This document shows, in pieces, positions 48,524-57,795 of a DNA stretch of 64,000 bases (the first letter of the stretch is position 1; each line of letters begins with the position of its first letter). Both the position numbers and the translations under genes were made by a program. Under the pieces are notes generated by a model. It searched no databases. It was not told where the DNA came from and worked only from the letters and a program-made list of their open reading frames with translations. Source of the stretch: a virus; IMG/VR virus record IMGVR_UViG_3300038760_000073, positions 12,846 to 76,845 of that record; one strand, given 5' to 3'.

Positions 48524-49267
48524 ATGAATAAACGACTCCTATTATCTTTATCAGGTGGTGCAGACAGTGTTGTCCTCTTGCATATGGCTGTTGATCGTGG
48601 ATATGAATATATTCATACTATATCGTTTGACTATGGGCAGAGACATAAGAGAGAGCTTGATTGTATACAGAAGCAGTTTAATGCTGTCAATGAAAAACAT
48701 AGCGTTAAACTGTTTAACACTATTATTGATGCGAACTTTCTTAAACAGATATGCCATACATCATCTCTCACCAATACTGATATCGAAAACCCCAATATCA
48801 GTAAGATTGCAGGAGATGCGCAGCCAGTATCATATGTACCATTCAGAAATCAGATGTTTAATACCATAGCTTGTGCATATGCAGAGAGTAATGGTATCTC
48901 AGATGTTTGGTATGGTGCTGCACAAGTTGATTCCTTAGCTGGTTATCATGATGGCTCGCGAGAGCATATTGATGCATTTAATCAGTTGATAGCTCTTAAT
49001 AGAGAACATAGGATAACGTTATCTGCACCACTATTAACAATGTCTAAAGCTGATATTATCTTAGAGGGTGTAAGACTAGGTGTCAACTTCGCAGACACAT
49101 GGACATGTTACAGTAACAGAGAAGATGGTTTAGCTGATGCTACAACACCATCAAGTAGCATGCGCTTAGCTGGTTTTATGCAAGCTGGTTATGTAGATCC
49201 TATCAAATATGTGCAGCAAAAGGCCCTAAATGATATATACGAACAAAAAGGGTGTAAAGAGATCTAA
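48524..49267 (+). CDS. queC: 7-cyano-7-deazaguanine (preQ0) synthase, atypical Zn site
   Basis: SGGADS PP-loop, FDYGQRH, YVPFRN, GY.D, APL..MSK, TWTCY, DPI.Y. Confidence 0.9.
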   Translation: MNKRLLLSLSGGADSVVLLHMAVDRGYEYIHTISFDYGQRHKRELDCIQKQFNAVNEKHSVKLFNTIIDANFLKQICHTSSLTNTDIENPNISKIAGDAQPVSYVPFRNQMFNTIACAYAESNGISDVWYGAAQVDSLAGYHDGSREHIDAFNQLIALNREHRITLSAPLLTMSKADIILEGVRLGVNFADTWTCYSNREDGLADATTPSSSMRLAGFMQAGYVDPIKYVQQKALNDIYEQKGCKEI

Positions 49268-49270
49268 TTA

Positions 49271-49741
49271 TTATAGTAACTCTGCCTTAATTAACCAAAC
49301 TATTACACTATATAATTGTCCGAAAGCTATTGATAACAGGCATATTTTTGTTATCCTTCTAGTTTTTCTGCTAGCTCCTAATGTTGGAGCTATAAATGCA
49401 CGTATATGACAATACGCTGCAATAGTTGTCATTAATTGCCTAAAAATTATGTTTGGAAAAACACCAAATTCTATCAGATTGGTAGTAAAGGGCATCTCGA
49501 GATAATGTGAAGTCCATGGTATAAGCCAGTATAGGTTATCCACCGCGTTACCTAAAAATCCTATGGTTATCCCACAAATTATCCAACCCATTTGCGGTGT
49601 AATTTTATCATCAGTTCTACGTATTGCATGCCGTAGCGAATGACTACACTCATATATAATATATGCGCTTAATATTACTAATGGAAAGGTCCATGCAATA
49701 GATTGCAGCTCTATTATTGTTTGTATTTGATCGTAATACAT
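49271..49741 (-). CDS. Late multi-pass membrane protein
   Basis: About 4 hydrophobic segments; TAAATA upstream. Confidence 0.6.
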   Translation of the reverse strand: MYYDQIQTIIELQSIAWTFPLVILSAYIIYECSHSLRHAIRRTDDKITPQMGWIICGITIGFLGNAVDNLYWLIPWTSHYLEMPFTTNLIEFGVFPNIIFRQLMTTIAAYCHIRAFIAPTLGASRKTRRITKICLLSIAFGQLYSVIVWLIKAELL

Positions 49742-49756
49742 AACAATAATATTTAG

Positions 49757-50173
49757 TTAGTTCCTACCATTACCCCTGCTAATTAATATATCTATCTTAG
49801 TCTTAATCGAGCTTACATCCTCTTTAATACTACCTATATCTTCCTTTATAGGTGTAGTTTCTTCCAATATAGCGAGCTTTAATTCAGGCTCTCTTATATG
49901 TAGTCCGGTATTACTCGAATGTTTCGACACTAAAGAGTCCATTCTGGTTATTATCGAAGCCACCCCTTTATGATGTGGTTCATATTTATGTTTTACAATA
50001 TCATCTACAATTACAAATGTTGACCATAGGATAGTAATAGAGCCTATAGCAGCCCCAATAACGGTCACCCATCCTAATATTGTTGTAGGGGCAGCAAACT
50101 TTATTCGTTTCCTGGAAGCTATTTCAGCTATAGTTGCACCAACAACTAACTTTATATGATCTTCATCGGACAT
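49757..50173 (-). CDS. Single-pass membrane protein with coiled coil
   Basis: ILGWVTVIGAAIGSITILW; IKEDIGSIKEDVSSIK heptads. Confidence 0.6.
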   Translation of the reverse strand: MSDEDHIKLVVGATIAEIASRKRIKFAAPTTILGWVTVIGAAIGSITILWSTFVIVDDIVKHKYEPHHKGVASIITRMDSLVSKHSSNTGLHIREPELKLAILEETTPIKEDIGSIKEDVSSIKTKIDILISRGNGRN

Positions 50174-50186
50174 GACTTTTAATTAA

Positions 50187-51935
50187 TTATAGCCCGTAAC
50201 TTCTGAGTTCTGCAAGCTGACCTATAGTTTTTGGTTTCATCTTGTCCTTAAATAATATAAACTTTTCTTTCGGTTTAAGTAGCCGGTCCTTATGAGCCTG
50301 ATCTGATAGATAAGATAAGGTGTAAGATTCGTTAACTGTATTCTCGTCCTCACCTCTTAGATGGCCAAGTTTAGCCTTAATAATACGGTACTTAGTGTTA
50401 AGTCTAGTTGCGGTTGTGTAATCTTTCCTATCAGTATAATATTCAATCTCTTTTCTCAACTCATGAAGCTTGAGCTCAAGCGCATCCGCTCGGTCTTCAG
50501 CCGGCTCCTCCAGTCTTTTTAGAAGCCTATCTTTAATAGCTCTATTATTAGCTATACGTGCCTGGGGATCATCACCATATTGCTGCTCAGTTAAGTAATG
50601 TGCAGTATAAGATTCATTAACTGTTTCCTCATCCTTACCTCTTAGATTTCCAAGTTTAGCCTTAATAATACGGTACTTGAAGTTAAGTCTATCTGCGGTT
50701 GTGTAATCTTTCTTATCACTATAATATTCAATCTCCTTTCTCAACTCATGAAGCTTAAGCTCAAGCGCAGCAACCCGATCTTCAACCGGTCCCTCTAGTC
50801 TTTTTAGAAGCCTATCTTTAATAGCTCTATTATTAGCTATACGTGCCTGGGGATCATCACCATATTGCTGCTCAGTTAAGTAATGTGCAGTATAAGACTC
50901 TGTAACTGTTGTTTTATCTAGATAATGAGCTACGTCAGCATCTAACTCTTCTGCCTCCTCTGCCTCCTCTGCATCAAACTTATCAGGTTGTTGATCTACT
51001 ACCGGCGGTTTAGTTGATGTAGAGTATGGGGTGCGATCTTGTTGAGCTCTATTTGCAGCCGGCCCAACTGGTTGAATATTAACATTACCTGGCTCGGTAA
51101 TATATATTTCAAACCTATCTGTAAAACGCTCTATATCTTGTTGAAGTAAGTCATACAGCTTTTGAACACCAATTTCTTTTACTTTATCTGCTAACGCTCT
51201 AGCATTTGCAGATTCCGAATCCGAAGCAAAAGAGAAGGATATTAGATTATATCCATCCTTACTTACAATATCAACACCATCTTCATCCGCAAACGCCTCA
51301 ACCTTATTTCTAATCTTAACCGCATCGTTTGGGTCAATTACTTGAATTTCAACAATATACCTTTCATCAAAATATTCGCCGTATAAATCATCTACAACCT
51401 CACCAATTTCACCATCAATTTCAGCAACCTTGGATGTTATAGGTGGTTCAACTTCCTCTTCAGGCTCTTGTTTATAATTTTTACCCATTATATTTGTCAG
51501 CTGTACATCTAAATACCTTGTTGGATTTTGTTTAATATCATCCAACACACTATCAATAAGCGGGGGGGTTTCAATCTCCACACCAGTTTCATCTACTTCA
51601 GGATGACTATAAAATAGTCTATTAAAAACCTCAGGGTCTGCTTTTTGAATTTCATTTGCTATAAAGGTTGAAGATGTGGCCTTTTTGCGTAAGATATCAA
51701 ACAGTTCATCTGTTAGATAATCTCTATGGTATAAAGCTCTTAGCAAAATTTGGTTTTTAGTTCTAGATGACGCTCCTACTCCTTGACCTGTTTTTTGATT
51801 TTTATAATTTTTAAGTATAGGGGTTAATCCGGATTTTTTAATAGCACCCTTCCATGCACTGGAAGAAGAACTAGTTGCTTCTTCTAAAATATTAATTCGA
51901 TTAAAAAGATCGTTGAATTTTGCATATGTTTGCAT
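50187..51935 (-). CDS. Late protein with internal 95-aa tandem duplication
   Basis: TATAAATA-N5-ATG; repeat visible in both protein and DNA. Confidence 0.7.
   Translation of the reverse strand: MQTYAKFNDLFNRINILEEATSSSSSAWKGAIKKSGLTPILKNYKNQKTGQGVGASSRTKNQILLRALYHRDYLTDELFDILRKKATSSTFIANEIQKADPEVFNRLFYSHPEVDETGVEIETPPLIDSVLDDIKQNPTRYLDVQLTNIMGKNYKQEPEEEVEPPITSKVAEIDGEIGEVVDDLYGEYFDERYIVEIQVIDPNDAVKIRNKVEAFADEDGVDIVSKDGYNLISFSFASDSESANARALADKVKEIGVQKLYDLLQQDIERFTDRFEIYITEPGNVNIQPVGPAANRAQQDRTPYSTSTKPPVVDQQPDKFDAEEAEEAEELDADVAHYLDKTTVTESYTAHYLTEQQYGDDPQARIANNRAIKDRLLKRLEGPVEDRVAALELKLHELRKEIEYYSDKKDYTTADRLNFKYRIIKAKLGNLRGKDEETVNESYTAHYLTEQQYGDDPQARIANNRAIKDRLLKRLEEPAEDRADALELKLHELRKEIEYYTDRKDYTTATRLNTKYRIIKAKLGHLRGEDENTVNESYTLSYLSDQAHKDRLLKPKEKFILFKDKMKPKTIGQLAELRSYGL
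50323..50909 (-). repeat. 285-bp in-frame tandem repeat (two copies plus a fragment)
   Basis: tgcagtataa at 50601 and 50886; taagattc.ttaactgt at 50323 and 50608. Confidence 0.9.
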
Positions 51936-51951
51936 ATAATTATTTATATAT

Positions 51952-52296
51952 ATGGGACTTACTTATCAAAATTTTAATGAAATAGGTTATGAAGAGCTAT
52001 GTAAATTGCCGGGAGTTGGTAAAGCAACTGCAGAGAGAATTATTGCTCAAAGACCATTCCTTAGAGATGCAGATTTATCTAAGGTTAGAGGATTAGGTAA
52101 AGGTACTTTAAAAAAACTCGGTATAGAAAATGTTAAAAAGAGACAGAAAGGTATTGAAAAATGGTTATACCATCCATATGAAGGTGATGATGTGGAATAC
52201 CCACATCACTGCTTCGCGTACGATACTAGAAATAGTCAACTAGACTTCTTCTGGCGTATACCTCAAAACTACCGTAAATATTATGGGGTAGATTAA
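51952..52296 (+). CDS. Helix-hairpin-helix (ComEA-like) DNA-binding protein
   Basis: EELCKLPGVGKATAERII..RPF....DL.KVRGLG. Confidence 0.8.
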   Translation: MGLTYQNFNEIGYEELCKLPGVGKATAERIIAQRPFLRDADLSKVRGLGKGTLKKLGIENVKKRQKGIEKWLYHPYEGDDVEYPHHCFAYDTRNSQLDFFWRIPQNYRKYYGVD

Positions 52297-52395
52297 TTTA
52301 AACTTATAACTATATACAATATATTAGTTAGGTTGTTAGTTATATATAGAAACACATTATGAAATTACGTAATCAAAATAGGAAGGGGGCTTGTT

Positions 52396-53067
52396 ATTTG
52401 CGCAATTTTTGGCTCATTTGAACCTTCAATGTTTGAAGTATTATACCAAGCAAATAAATTGCGTGGTAATTTTGCCAGTAGTGTTATTGCAATTGGTCAT
52501 GAAGATACATATATTCAAAAATTTGAAGGAGATATTCCTAAGTCGTTTGAATATGTAGATGATATGATATATATTACCGGTCATGTACAAGCACCAACAT
52601 CATGTAAACGTGAGTGGTCATATGATACATCACATCCGTTTGAGTCTATTTCATGGACAATATGTCATAATGGCGTTATAACAAATGAACAGCATCTTCG
52701 ACAGACATACCTACCATATATAGAAAATCCTGTTGATTCTTCGTTAATAGCTAACCTACTACAATTGTTTGTAGAAAATCAGTCAGCATCTAATGATAAT
52801 ATAGACCCAGTAAATGCTATTAAATCAACACTAACGTTGCTAGAAGGTACATTTGCATTATCTATTATTGATTCTGATACAGGGGAGTTTTATATTGCTC
52901 GTTGTGGGTCTATTCTACATTATGACGATAAAGGCAATTTTTCAACTATACCTGGTAAAGGGTTTACAGAGTTGCCAGAAGGTATAATCATGCGACTTGA
53001 TAAAGATCATCTTAAATGGGTGCAAGTTGCAACTTTTGAGACTCAATCACCATTTCTTTTTATATGA
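52396..53067 (+). CDS. Class II (Ntn) glutamine amidotransferase, probable ATT start
   Basis: In-frame ATT-TGC-GCA-ATT-TTT-GGC gives (M)CAIFG; RG, GH.QAPT, HPF, HNGVI.N, VDS, EGTFA. Confidence 0.82.
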   Translation: MCAIFGSFEPSMFEVLYQANKLRGNFASSVIAIGHEDTYIQKFEGDIPKSFEYVDDMIYITGHVQAPTSCKREWSYDTSHPFESISWTICHNGVITNEQHLRQTYLPYIENPVDSSLIANLLQLFVENQSASNDNIDPVNAIKSTLTLLEGTFALSIIDSDTGEFYIARCGSILHYDDKGNFSTIPGKGFTELPEGIIMRLDKDHLKWVQVATFETQSPFLFI

Positions 53068-53708
53068 GTAAGATATTTTATTTTTCAGCAACTGCAGGGT
53101 CAAAACGAGACACCCTACTATACAAAACGACAGATAAAGAAGTATTTTTTAAGGAAAATAATACCGACTCTTTACAGAAAACATATAACAAGGCAATCGA
53201 TTTCTGTATAGAAGAGAGTATTGAATACATTGTGATATCACATGATGATATTATATTTGAAAATGTTACAGAAAGTAAACTACTGGAAAATTTTGATAGG
53301 TACGATATGTTTGGAGTGGCGGGAGCTACTCAATGTAAATTTAATAAACCGGCTCTATGGCATTTAATGGGTGGTGGGGTTCAAGGCAGAGCGTTGAGAG
53401 GTGCGGTGGCACACATTAATGGTAAGAAGAAAAATATGACTGCATTTGGCCCTTACCCATCTCGAGTTGTGGTAGTAGACGGGGTATTCCTCGCAATTAG
53501 TAGGAAGGTTTTTGAAAAAATACGATTTGATGAGGATTGCCCTGCTAAGTTCCACATGTATGACTTGGACTATTCTCTCGCTGCTCATAATGCGGGATTT
53601 AAAGTGGGTGTGAGCGATATATTAATTACACATGAGTCACCTGGATTAACAAAAACGACTGATGAGTTTAAGAGGGGTGAAGATTGGTTTTTAACAAAGT
53701 ATAAGTAG
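53064..53708 (+). CDS. GT2-like glycosyltransferase
   Basis: YNKAI, HDD, GVAG, VDGVFLA, FDE...FH.YD.D, H.S.G. Confidence 0.78.
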   Translation: MSKIFYFSATAGSKRDTLLYKTTDKEVFFKENNTDSLQKTYNKAIDFCIEESIEYIVISHDDIIFENVTESKLLENFDRYDMFGVAGATQCKFNKPALWHLMGGGVQGRALRGAVAHINGKKKNMTAFGPYPSRVVVVDGVFLAISRKVFEKIRFDEDCPAKFHMYDLDYSLAAHNAGFKVGVSDILITHESPGLTKTTDEFKRGEDWFLTKYK

Positions 53709-53730
53709 TTAATTACTTGGTTAAGGTCAG

Positions 53731-53758
53731 TTGATTTACTCTCATATGATAATACACT
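53731..53758 (+). promoter_or_regulatory. Promoter TTGATT-N16-TACACT, 6 nt before helicase GTG
   Basis: Read directly from the sequence. Confidence 0.6.
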
Positions 53759-53764
53759 ATATCT

Positions 53765-55072
53765 GTGAGTAAATTAGATCTAGATTGGATGGAGAATGTT
53801 CTTATTTTTAAGAGCCTCACCGATAGTGGTTATTTAGCATCTATATCGGATGTTGTACAACCAGAATACTTTAAAAACAAAGCAATTGCTGATGTTTTTT
53901 CCATAATTAAAGCGTTTGCTGAAAAGAGAAACAAACTACCAACTATTACTGAAATTAAATCATATCTTGTTTCAGATGACCAAAAAACAGCCTTCAAAAC
54001 TTTAGTTCAATCATTCCAAGATTTAGATAAAGTTCTAGATAATGATGAATTATATGAAAATACAGAACGATTTCTTAAAGAGAAGGCTGTATATCATACC
54101 ATGCTCTCCGTAGCTGAAGATGTTTCACGAGGTATAGTGGATACATCAGATGTATTACAAAAATTTGAAAAGTCCTGTAATATAAGCTTAGTTACAGATT
54201 TAGGTTATGATATGTTTGGTGATGTTGAATCACTAATCAGTGATCTTAATTCTGTAGAAAATTATATACCATCAAAGTGGGAGTGGTTAGATGAGCATTT
54301 AGGTGGTGGGTTTTTAGAGACGGGTAAAGCCTTATATGTTTTTGCAGGTGAAACAAACATTGGTAAATCTATATTTTTAGGTAACATTGCGACCAATATA
54401 GCTAAACAGAATAAGAACGTCTTGTTAGTTACCTTAGAGATGTCAGAGCTTCTATATGCTCGGCGAATATGCTCGAATGTTACTAAAATACCAATGAAGG
54501 AGCTAACATCAAATACACCTACTATTAGAGATGTTATTAATAGGGAGGAAGGTAAAATTTTTATTAAAGAATTTCCACCAGCTACTATTACACCCACACA
54601 GTTAAAAGCATTTGTTCAAAAATTTAAAGAACAGGGTATTAAATTAGATGCAATTGTGTTAGATTATTTAAATCTACTCCATTCTCCTGCTGGTGCAAAC
54701 TCTTATGAGCGAATTAAAATTGTAACAGAACAAGTACGTGCTATGTCATATTTGTTTGAGTGTCCAATAATTTCAGCTACACAGTTAAATCGAACAGGTT
54801 TTGATCAAGATAATCCTGACTTGGCAACTATTTCAGAGTCAATTGGATTAGCTGCGACCGCAGATGTTATAGTATCGATTTATCAGAGTGAAGAAGATAG
54901 AGAGGTTAACCTGATCCGGTTAGGTATGATGAAAAACAGATATGGTGCTAGAGGAATGACACAAGCAATGAGTATAGACTATCCTACACTAACAATCGAT
55001 CAAGCAGATGATATTGATCTAGAGGATGATGCAGATAGTACTCTTAATGCATTGGCTGCCATGGCATTATGA
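53765..55072 (+). CDS. gp41: Replicative DnaB-like helicase
   Basis: GETNIGKS, TLEMSE, IKEFP, DYLNL, ATQLNR, SESIGL..TAD, KNRYG. Confidence 0.93.
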   Translation: MSKLDLDWMENVLIFKSLTDSGYLASISDVVQPEYFKNKAIADVFSIIKAFAEKRNKLPTITEIKSYLVSDDQKTAFKTLVQSFQDLDKVLDNDELYENTERFLKEKAVYHTMLSVAEDVSRGIVDTSDVLQKFEKSCNISLVTDLGYDMFGDVESLISDLNSVENYIPSKWEWLDEHLGGGFLETGKALYVFAGETNIGKSIFLGNIATNIAKQNKNVLLVTLEMSELLYARRICSNVTKIPMKELTSNTPTIRDVINREEGKIFIKEFPPATITPTQLKAFVQKFKEQGIKLDAIVLDYLNLLHSPAGANSYERIKIVTEQVRAMSYLFECPIISATQLNRTGFDQDNPDLATISESIGLAATADVIVSIYQSEEDREVNLIRLGMMKNRYGARGMTQAMSIDYPTLTIDQADDIDLEDDADSTLNALAAMAL

Positions 55073-55094
55073 TAAGTTGGTAATAAATAAATAA

Positions 55095-55964
55095 GTGAAT
55101 GTCCTTGTATTTGCAAATACATCTTTAGATGGAGCATGCTCCACCCTACTAATTAAGTGGTTGTATAAGGAGAAATTACGTGAGTTCATTATAGTTGAAG
55201 CAACTGAAACAAATATAGTTAATGAAATTAACTCTAGGCAAAAACATTTTAACAACTATGATAAAATATTTGTAATCGGTTTATGCTTATCAGAAGTACA
55301 AATTAGAGAAGTAGATAAACACTCCATAGTGGTTTTTGATCATCATGCATCACATACACGTCTACTACATAATTATAACAAAAGTAAGGGTATTGTTGAA
55401 GAGAGTACATCTTGTGCATCTTTAATACAAAGTAAGTTTAAATCAGCTATTAATATTAGCCCAGAACAAGAGCTCTTGTTAAAATATGTTGATGATTATA
55501 CTAGTTTTAATTTAAAATATAGTGACTCATTAAAGTTAAGTGCCATATTCTTTACATATAATAGACCAAAAGTATCTAAGTTTGTTGAATATTTTGAAGA
55601 TGGTATGCGACCTTATACTATCCAAGAAAAAAACTCAATTAAGATATACATCAAGCAATTTAAGGAGCAGTTAGAAAATAACCCAAATTTTGGTAATATT
55701 AAAAATTATAAAGCGGTTGCGATCTTTGCAAACAACCTAGTTAGCAATATTGCGCACTATATTATATCAAAATATAGTGCAGATATTGGTATAGTTATTA
55801 ATTTAGATACAAATAGTGTATCATTTAGACGATGCACACATTGTGATATTGATGTTAGTATACTATCAAAAACATTCTGTGAGGGTTCCGGATCAATTTG
55901 CGCTTCCGGTGGTAAACTTACACCGCAGTTCGCGAACTTACTCAAAGATTTTAAACCATGCTAG
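55095..55964 (+). CDS. DHH/DHHA1 phosphoesterase-fold protein with degenerate motifs
   Basis: SLDG, FDHH, SCA.L, VSFR, ASGG. Confidence 0.7.
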   Translation: MNVLVFANTSLDGACSTLLIKWLYKEKLREFIIVEATETNIVNEINSRQKHFNNYDKIFVIGLCLSEVQIREVDKHSIVVFDHHASHTRLLHNYNKSKGIVEESTSCASLIQSKFKSAINISPEQELLLKYVDDYTSFNLKYSDSLKLSAIFFTYNRPKVSKFVEYFEDGMRPYTIQEKNSIKIYIKQFKEQLENNPNFGNIKNYKAVAIFANNLVSNIAHYIISKYSADIGIVINLDTNSVSFRRCTHCDIDVSILSKTFCEGSGSICASGGKLTPQFANLLKDFKPC

Positions 55965-56251
55965 AGACCAGTACACTTACCCCATCGGCTACATTGGTAC
56001 AAAATGAAACAGAACATCTATTATTATGCTTTTGTACATATTGCGGCCTTTTAAAAGGAAAAAAGCTATCATTACAGAATGTGTTTGTATTAATATTAAA
56101 AGATAGGCGACTACGTAATATTCTTAAAAAATTACTATCAATAGATAACAATTATGAATTATTTAAGGCGTTTTTAAGTTTTGAACCATCTATCGCCGAC
56201 TCAAAATATATTACCAAATTTCTTAATACACAAAAAAGTATAAAATTATGA
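55958..56251 (+). CDS. Hypothetical protein
   Basis: Coupled within the operon. Confidence 0.6.
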   Translation: MLETSTLTPSATLVQNETEHLLLCFCTYCGLLKGKKLSLQNVFVLILKDRRLRNILKKLLSIDNNYELFKAFLSFEPSIADSKYITKFLNTQKSIKL

Positions 56252-56904
56252 TTTCATCGCGTGAGGAGTCTGTATATAATAGCTATTTATATGCGTCTCG
56301 AACAAGTAAGAATAAGCCATTTAGACCTCGACGCGATTTTGCAAAAATGGCGGATCAAGATATGTTATATCTTAAGAAAACAACAGCCTTTCTACAACGA
56401 TATAATCATATCAATCTAAGTGATTGGTTTATTGCTCCATATAAAGTATATGGTATGGATGAATATTTTGATTTGCATTTTTATAATACTCGTAAAGCGC
56501 TTAAGTGCTATACAACGTATATTAAGCAACGTGAAATTGAAGATCCAGATAATGTTGATGCTATTGATAGATTCAAGAGCAGTTTACATTTTATATATGA
56601 TTACTGCCATGAAAATAAAATAACACTGGAAGCATATATTAACGAATTTACAGGTAATTTACCTACATTTTTGCAACATATAAAAGAACATAAAATAAAC
56701 TTTTATATGTTGCAAACACTGGAAGTAGAGCCTATATTAAGAAAGATAGAGCCTTCGATACTTAATTTTATTGTTAGCGATTTCTGGTCTGTGTTTGTAC
56801 AGACTCGCACCAAATTCTTAAGTTCTAAGGTTCTAAAAGTAAAAGCAAGAAAAGGTATAAACCTAATAAAAACAAAACTAACAGTAGAAAACAACCAACT
56901 ATAA
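56248..56904 (+). CDS. Hypothetical protein (position and size of a gp59-like loader)
   Basis: Directly upstream of gp32; helical and basic; no diagnostic motif recognised. Confidence 0.45.
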   Translation: MISSREESVYNSYLYASRTSKNKPFRPRRDFAKMADQDMLYLKKTTAFLQRYNHINLSDWFIAPYKVYGMDEYFDLHFYNTRKALKCYTTYIKQREIEDPDNVDAIDRFKSSLHFIYDYCHENKITLEAYINEFTGNLPTFLQHIKEHKINFYMLQTLEVEPILRKIEPSILNFIVSDFWSVFVQTRTKFLSSKVLKVKARKGINLIKTKLTVENNQL

Positions 56905-56921
56905 TATATAATATAAAAAAT

Positions 56922-57794
56922 ATGAGTACATTTAATACATCAATGTTCGAGTCAATTAAAGACGCACTAGTAAGTGAAAATCAAAGCCAGTCAAAATATA
57001 ATGAGATAATCTCATGCAAGGTGGGTAATACATACTCTATCAGGTTGCTACCATTTGGTAAGTCTCCAAAAGATACATTTTTCCACTACTACAATCATGG
57101 TTGGGTATCCTTCGCTACTGGTCAATATGTTCAGGCTCTATCACCACAAACGTTTGGTGAGCGTGACCCTATCGCAGAAGAGCGGTTTCGATCACAACGT
57201 ATGGGGACAGAGGAAGAGAAAGAACGAGCACAGGCAATCCGCCGGCAAGAAAAGTGGCTTGTTAATGCATATGTTATTGATGATCCAACGAATCCGGATA
57301 ATAATGGAAAGGTTAAAATTCTTAGATATGGTAAGCAGCTACATAAAATTATCACCGCAGCAATTGAAGGTGAGGATGCTGAAGAGTTTGGCGCTCGTAT
57401 TTTCGATCTAGGATCAGACGGTGTAACTCTGAAGGTAAAATGCGAGAAGCAAGGTGACTACCCAACGTATGTATCTTCAAGGTTTACAACAGCTGGTAAA
57501 CTTGATCTCTCGGAAGAGCGTCAGAAAGAGATTTATGAAAATGTGTTTACATTGAAAGAGGTATTCCCGCTCCGATCGAGTGATGATCTAAAAGGTATGC
57601 TTGATGAGCATTATTTTTGTGAAACAGCCAGTTCGTCTAGTACATCAACTACACTCCCGGTAGAAAATACTCCACCCTTACAAGAGAGTAATCCGCCATG
57701 GGTCGATAACACAACATCTTCCACTCCAGTGGGTGCAGGGGTAAGTACCAGTTCGGTTGACGCTGATATTGATGAGCTACTAAAAGATCTATAA
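56922..57794 (+). CDS. gp32: Single-stranded DNA-binding protein
   Basis: IRLLP, YNHGW, DPI.E, YVIDDP.NP.NNGKVKI.RYGK, IFDL, Y..S.F, acidic tail. Confidence 0.9.
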   Translation: MSTFNTSMFESIKDALVSENQSQSKYNEIISCKVGNTYSIRLLPFGKSPKDTFFHYYNHGWVSFATGQYVQALSPQTFGERDPIAEERFRSQRMGTEEEKERAQAIRRQEKWLVNAYVIDDPTNPDNNGKVKILRYGKQLHKIITAAIEGEDAEEFGARIFDLGSDGVTLKVKCEKQGDYPTYVSSRFTTAGKLDLSEERQKEIYENVFTLKEVFPLRSSDDLKGMLDEHYFCETASSSSTSTTLPVENTPPLQESNPPWVDNTTSSTPVGAGVSTSSVDADIDELLKDL

Positions 57795-57795
57795 T

